From Felis catus (lineage: Eukaryota), in contig NC_058373.1 in the NCBI RefSeq assembly GCF_018350175.1, positions 71,300,001 through 71,364,000 of the forward strand: a stretch of DNA of 64,000 nt, written 5' to 3'. Below, piece by piece: positions 57,261 to 64,000 of the stretch. The notes beneath the pieces are model-generated. The model was not told the origin of the DNA and did no database searches. It was given only the letters and a program-made list of their open reading frames with translations. Made by a program: the position numbers and the translations under genes. Numbering within the stretch: position 1 is the first letter of the stretch; each line of letters begins with the position of its first letter.

Positions 57261-58199
57261 GACAGTTAGCCGCTCTGCTCAATGAAATAACCTGTAGAAA
57301 GTCGGAATAAAGATGTACCAGTAGGAAATGCATTAAAATGTTAAGATAATCATCCAGCCTTTCCCGCTGGAGTTACTTCTGGAACAGAACACAGGACTGG
57401 CTTCTCCAGGGACCAGCCCTGCAGACCCCACCCTCTCACTCCGCATCCCTGATTATGAAACTACCTTTTATGAATCTGGATCTATCACTACAGGGATATT
57501 TCATATTTCACTCAGTTTCATGACCCCTCCCAGTCCTAAATACATATGCATCATAAGTGTTTTTTGATTGAGTTAACCAATTAAGTACAAGGATGTTTTA
57601 GTAACCTTGCTGACAAGATGAGACAGTCTTGAGACTAGTCTCAACTTAGTCCCAGCGAGGAGACTGCCAATGGAGGTTATTCTGACAAGTACTGGAGAAT
57701 CTCCTGAGCCCCTCAGACGTTTCAACATACAGCCAATCCTACTCACTCTCCTGTTCATCCCTATACATCCTCCATACTCAACTTGCATAGCAGATGACAC
57801 AAGTTTACCCAGCCATATCCGAAAGTAGAGTCCTATGAAACCTTTCCTCAGCTGAAGTGAAAAAAACGAAGACAATTACCATTATTATGGAAAAAAATTT
57901 GAGTAGTCCCGAATCCCCAAAATAATCTCTTAGGGTTTTCAGATACCTTAGGACACATCTTGCTAACGGATGCACAAAATACATGGAGAAAAAAGTACAG
58001 ATGCTCAAAGACAATTCAATTCAAATCTATGGCGGCTTAATGCTGAGTGTAGTTCCCAGGGAAGGAGCTTGGTGGTGCCACTTTTCCTTCTGTGCGAACG
58101 GCCTCCACCACAGCTAGCTGCAAAACAGTGAAAGCTATTTTGCTTTTCTGGTAAAAGTGAAAATCCTCTTTTGGATTTCTTAAGCTTAGGGAAACCAGG

Positions 58200-58258
58200 T
58201 GCAGTCAATACCACATTTCGGTGCACTTCGCTTTAATGCTCCTCGAAGATATTGTGGG

Positions 58259-58289
<31 letters not shown>

Positions 58290-59128
58290 TAAACAAACTG
58301 AATGTTGTGGCAACCCTGTGTCAAGTAAATTTATCAGTGCCATTTTTCCAACAGCATCTGTTCACTTTGTGTCTCCGAGTCTCATTTTGGTAATTCTTGA
58401 AGTACTTCAAACTTTTTCATTATTATTAGTATATTGGTTATAGTGATCTGTGATCAGTGATTACAACTTGTTGAAAGCTCAGATGATTGGTTAGCCTTTT
58501 CTTCACCAGTGAAATTTTATTTAATAATCGGATGCCTCATGCAATCTATCCTTCCAAAAAGCAACACTAATAAATTATAAGATTCTGAAATTTTCAAAGA
58601 TATGAGTTACTTGCTAACAAATGTGAGCTTCATTACAGAAATTTCTTGGGTCAGTATACCAAGGGCTTTTCCCTTCTCAGATGCCTGTTAAGTGAAAACA
58701 GATCCAAGAATATTGAATTATTTCTTTAGACCCCTTCTTGAATGCACATCTGAGTTGGTTTCACCTCCTTTGAATTATATCCTCCTAGCTCCAACTAGGC
58801 CGTATTTTCCAGAAATTTTTCACATTAAAATTTTTATGTCCATCTGTATTTTCTTTTGTGGGTTATGATGACAAGGTGTATATCTTTGGGTTTTTTTTAA
58901 TTTATTTTTAATTAATGGTTAACATTTTTTAGCAGTAAAATATTAACATACATACTTTTTTCAAACATAATGCTATTGCACACTTAATAGACTACAGCAT
59001 TGTGTAAACATAACTTTTATATGCATTGGGAAACCAAAAAAAATTTATTTGAATTCCTTTATTGTGATATTGGCATTGTTTCAGTGGTCTGGAACTGAGC
59101 ACGCAATATTTCTGAGGTATACCTGTAC
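58200..59128 (+). mobile_element. Internally deleted Tigger1-type DNA transposon with an internal insertion
   Basis: 5' end (gcacttcgctttaatg...gttgtggcaaccctg) and 3' end (ggtctggaactgagcacgcaatatttctgaggtatacctgta). Confidence 0.8.
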
Positions 59129-59379
59129 TAATGAAACTCTTTCATACAAGCAAAGTGGCATAACTTGAACTTATAAAAAGTAGGGAATACCTGCAATTTT
59201 CAAACCTATTGAAGTGCTCTACTAAATGGGTACCTAGACAGAGATAACATATGTAGGATTCCCCCCACCCTTAGGGAACTTTTTACTTTGTTCTTTCAAC
59301 TTTGTTGGGAGTTTCAAGATAGAGCAGGGGCAAAAGTCAAGGTGAGCAGCCCCTTGTTATGTAAAGAATAATAGGTTAA

Positions 59380-59472
59380 ACTTCCGGCTCTCGCTCAGGT
59401 CGTAATCTCCAGATTTGTGAGTTCCGGCTCTGTGTCTGGCTCTGGGCTGACAGCGCCGAGGAGCCTGCTTGG

Positions 59473-59510
<38 letters not shown>

Positions 59511-59772
59511 CTACCCCATTTATGCTCTCTCTCTCCAAATAAATAAATGTTTTAAAAAAAAGAATAGGGGCGCCTGGGTGGCTCAGTTAAGCGGCCGACT
59601 TCTGCTCAGGTCATGATCTCGCGGTCCGTGAGTTCGAGCCCCGCATTGGGCTCTGTGCTGACAGCTCAGAGTCTGGAGCCTGTTTCAGATTCTGTGTCTC
59701 CCTCTCTCTGACCCTCCCCCGTTCATGCTCTGTCTCCCTCTGTCTCAAAAATAAATAAACGTTAAAAAAAAA
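59380..59772 (+). mobile_element. Two tandem CAN-SINEs (about 59380-59560 and 59567-59772)
   Basis: Two SINEC bodies head to tail, each with a CT tract and A tail. Confidence 0.88.
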
Positions 59773-61499
59773 TAATTTAGGAGAATTTCCTTAATCATAT
59801 AAGTGTAGGGTGAATATACCATTATTTTGGGATTAATGATGGATGATAGACTAAAAGTGAGTCACCTTAAAGAGATCTTCCTTGTTTTAGGTGTTACTGA
59901 CATAATTTCCTCTAATTAAGCAAGTGCAAATGGAAAGGACCCCATTGTCATAGGAGAAGGAAATACTAGGAGGTCAAGGGAGATGGTTCCAGTTCATGGT
60001 CATGGTAAAAATCTGATTGGTACAGATGTGACATTTTAGCTCAGGTCTACTTAATGTAGAGGCTCCTTAACTGAAAATAATGCTAGCATGGCTGCCTTTT
60101 CCTGAAGAACCCTTTAGCTGAGGGTTCTACCTCACCCTTCCCAGAAACCAAAGGAGAACTCTGAGGTCTATTAGTATCCACTGGACCCAACCGTTGGGGA
60201 TAGTGCCCCCACCAGCCTCCTCCTCCAACCTCATGTGGTCTCTATGGGAGACCGAATGGCACCTGGGTTTTCCCCTTGTCATAGCTCAAATTGTAACTGC
60301 CTTACAACTGGGAAGCAACAACGAATTGAAAAAATAACTCTAAGGACCATGGCCAGTTTGGCCAGAAGCCTCTCCACTGAGCCTAACACTGAAGGGAGTA
60401 CAACCTACCCCACATATTTAATGATAAAGGAACTGCTGCTGTCCCAGCATTTGTGATTGCTACAGGAGCTGGAGACTTTACTTGGGTTCTGATTTTTAGA
60501 CACAACTTTCCCAGGTTGTGGATACCAGCTTCTACTTAGACACTGGTATCCATCCACCAGTTGGGTCCCACAGGCGTTTAATGAACTAAGGAACCTCTGG
60601 ATACAAAAGAGGAAGGGTTTGTGGCTCTACAGGGGGACAGGCCAGTTTACTGCTCTTTCTGGTGTTTCTGGCACGGAAGTTCAAGTGTTCACTCTAGAAT
60701 GGAGCAGCGCTCATTATTTGTACATTGCTTATACATATATTCCCAAATCTGTCCTTTTATGACTCTCCACCGTCGACAAAGCCATATTTGGTGCCTTTTT
60801 AAACCTAGTTTTATTTTTATAAAAAAAGTGGGAGAGAGGGATAATTGGATACATTACCAAGGATCTTAAAGGGATGGAATAGTAAAATGGCTTATTCATT
60901 TAGTAGTTTGGGCTCCTGGTGATGTTTTCATTATAGGTTAAATATAGGGGTGTATGGCTAGAGAAGCAAAAGGAGAAGAAAATGTTAACCAATATAAAGC
61001 ATGTTCTGACAGGTATAGGGGGCACTGAAGGAAGGTGTGATGGAATAATCCCTGAATAATGTCCTGTTAAAGCTCCCTTTCCATGCCATACTAACCTCTA
61101 CCCACACACTAACCACCCCTATTAGGCTGTGGGACAGAGTTAAGACAGTGGCTGTCTAAGTGCTCTCATAATGAAAACTACTTTATAATAAACTCCTCTG
61201 GGACTTGAATTTCAAGACTCCCTTGGAAGGAGCCATTACTTATTCTGCAAATGGACTCATCACCTACTACCTACAGTTCTGGGTATAGTATTTTAGGAGA
61301 AATCTAAAACCAATAAGTTGTTTCACCCTCAATGACATTACAATCTGGTAGTGGTCAGAAGGTAATTACCCAGAAAGCAAGGTAGTAATTTGTGAGAAGG
61401 ACCATAAAAGAGATAGAGAAAAATCCTACCTACCCGGAGGGAAGAAATACTTCTTCTGCTCTTCAGCTGTCTGTTGCTGCACAACAAACAGCGCCAAAA

Positions 61500-61900
61500 C
61501 AAAGTGATGTATGTTTTTAACTTCTGATTCTGCATGTTGGCTGGGTGGTTCTTTCATTGGTTTCACCCAGGCTCATTCATGAGTGTGCAGTGGTGACTGG
61601 TAACAACTGAATGGTCCAAGATGGCCTTACTTACATGTCTGGCAACTGAATGTGCTGGCCTGATGGGGCTTCTTTATGGCATGGCGGTGCTTAGGGCAAT
61701 GGTCCAACAGAGTGAAAGGAGAAGCCCTAAGACATCTTTATGCCTAGCTCCAGCATTAGCACAACTTCATCCCTACTACATCTAATGGTTAGAGCAAGTC
61801 ATAAGGCTGCCCAGGTTCAAGGCGTGGGGAAATGGACTTCACACCTTGATGGGAGGAGCTGCAAAATATGGTGGCCATGCTTTTTGACCTACTACAGATG
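61500..61900 (-). mobile_element. Old MLT1 (MaLR) LTR
   Basis: ggtccaagatggccttacttacatgtctggca...agcaagtcataaggctgcccaggttcaagg...cttgatgggaggagctgcaaa. Confidence 0.7.
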
Positions 61901-63049
61901 GTAAAATTGAAGCGATTGGTACATCTACGCATATTTGTTAAATATCTACTCTTTGTGAAAGACACTCCTTAAGAAACGCACACTCTTGTTAGGGAGACAT
62001 AATGTGAAAAGTCACCGTACAAAATATCAACATGAGTATCTTTTATTACGTGGAAAAATATGAATACGAGAAATTCATGATGCAAAATGTGCTCCACACC
62101 AAATGAGTTAAACGGTATCATCCAAGTTCAGGGAAAGAAGAAATCACTTCCAGCCAGAGCAACCAGAGAAAACTTTAGAACTATAAAGAGGGATTATTAT
62201 ATTATTGTGCATGGATAACTTGGATTTGAGCTCTGTCTCGAGTAGATCAACAGGCAGAGAATTACAAAAAGTAATGATAATATTTGTAACTTGCTCCCAG
62301 TTAATAAAGCACTTTTATATTTTGATTTCAAAACCCACTACAAGATGGACAGGGAAGGCAAGACTATATTTTATAGATATAGAAACGGAGGCTCTGTAAG
62401 CTATAGTTACTTAAACTAAGTGGGAGATTGAAACGGGACTAAAAGTCCAGTTCTTCTGACTTACGGTTTAATGCTTCTGCACTCACATCATTTGCCAGCC
62501 AGATTGAAAAAGGAAGAAGCACAGAGGTGGCGGAATACCTGATATTTGGGATGGAGTCTTTTTTTATGCTCAATGCCTGGCACATGGAAGTTGCTATATA
62601 AATGGTTATTAAATTAATGAATGAACAAACTTAAGCACCATCTTGAGGTGAATTTGTGTACTGAGTAATACTGTCACCTGCGGTCCCAACCAGGGTGAAT
62701 ATCCAGCTGAGGTACTCCAGTGTGGCTGGCATCAGGTGTGTATGGCTGGTGTTGGCTGCTTGCTTGCTTCCTGTGCGATCCAGGTGAATAGTGTCAATAT
62801 TATCCCTGGTATGTGCCATCTTACTTGTGGGGTGGGGTCTTCTCACNNNNNNNNNNNNNNNNNNNNNNNNNNNNNNNNNNNNNNNNNNNNNNNNNNNNNN
62901 NNNNNNNNNNNNNNNNNNNNNNNNNNNNNNNNNNNNNNNNNNNNNNNNNNNNNNNNNNNNNNNNNNNNNNNNNNNNNNNNNNNNNNNNNNNNNNNNNNNN
63001 NNNNNNNNNNNNNNNNNNNNNNNNNNNNNNNNNNNNNNNNNNNNNNNNN

Positions 63050-63230
63050 ATACCTGGTGTCTTCCTTTTTTTATATGACACCAGTCATACTGGATTAGGG
63101 TCCCTTATGACCTTATTTAACCTTAATTATCTCTTTAAAGTCCCTATCCCCAAATAGTCACATTGGGATTACAAGGTAAAAGCTTTAACGTAATGAATTT
63201 TGAGGGGAATATTTCATAAAAGTCTATGAC
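63050..63230 (-). mobile_element. MLT1B/C-like LTR fragment next to the N gap
   Basis: acaccagtcatactggattaggg...atgaccttatttaaccttaattatctc. Confidence 0.7.
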
Positions 63231-63641
63231 CCAAGGATATAAAGAAACTGTAAAGATTTGGAAGCATTTTTTCTTCAGGCTTTCAGCCAAGTAGTAACCT
63301 TCCAACCTTCCAAGTTGTTGCTAAATAGATGGTGGAGAATAGGGTGAGAAACATCGGCCTAGCTTCTGTGACCCACAGTGTCCCAATTTGATTTCTCTTC
63401 TTCATATACCCTGTTTCTTCTTTCCCCTTTCCTGAAGTGGTAATTTACACCTGTGTGAAAACAGCACAGTCCCTGACTCCATTTCCAGGGCAAAGAATGT
63501 TTTCAGTTATACCCAGAGTGAGTGAGTTAACCAAGATGCAGGGTAGTATGGGAGTTTGGGTGAGGTGGGAGAGGGTATAGTCTAGTTATTTATTGTTGTT
63601 CTTGTTTAAGTAGGCTCCAGTGTCTAGAAAAGATAAGAACA

Positions 63642-63843
63642 ATGCTGTGCAATAAAAATTTCTGTGATGATGGAAATGTTTCTCTACCATGGATAATGGT
63701 AGCCACTAGCCTCATCTGGCTGTTGAGCAGTTGCAGTGTGGCTAGTATAACTAAGGAACTGAATTTTTGTTTTTATTTCATCTTAATGTTCTTACATTTA
63801 CATAGTCACATTTGGCTAGTGGTTACTGTTTTGAACAGCGCAC
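63642..63843. mobile_element. MER3-like DNA transposon
   Basis: ttctgtgatgatggaaatgtt...ggtagccactagcctcatctggctgttgagca. Confidence 0.75.
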
Positions 63844-64000
63844 AATAAGAGTTGATGTTGACGGGCTGGGTGCACCTCTGGTTGTTCTTCTTACCCAATT
63901 TATGGTTAGGCGGACCTAGAGAAACCAGAAAGAAAAAGAGACAATGGGGAATAATAATAATAATAGCCAACATTTACTATAATTTACTATAATTATAATT

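Noticed and set aside
62736-63157. ORFs spanning the last N gap
   Set aside because: Artefacts of undefined bases. PNP, expected further right by synteny, is not visible in this window.

Overview
Mammalian genomic DNA, almost certainly a felid (dense cat-type CAN-SINEs and carnivore L1), syntenic to human 14q11.2. Gene order: 5' end of TEP1 (-), KLHL33 (-), OSGEP (-), APEX1 (+), PIP4P1/TMEM55B (-). I reconstructed the exons by hand: OSGEP 335 aa, APEX1 318 aa, PIP4P1 277/284 aa, KLHL33 about 799 aa across one N gap. The main hidden feature lies between KLHL33 and OSGEP on the + strand (about 27.5-33.3 kb) and is largely invisible in the ORF track. It is an intron-containing, multiply disabled Na+/Cl- cotransporter gene with 14 recognisable exons colinear with SLC12A3/NCC, most plausibly the fossil of SLC12A10 (NCC2). 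Other observations: five rather than four TEP1 N-terminal repeats, a tandem-BTB KLHL33, CLEAR-like boxes at PIP4P1, and nested transposon insertions. There are five N gaps. All comparisons with human proteins are from memory, not from a database search.
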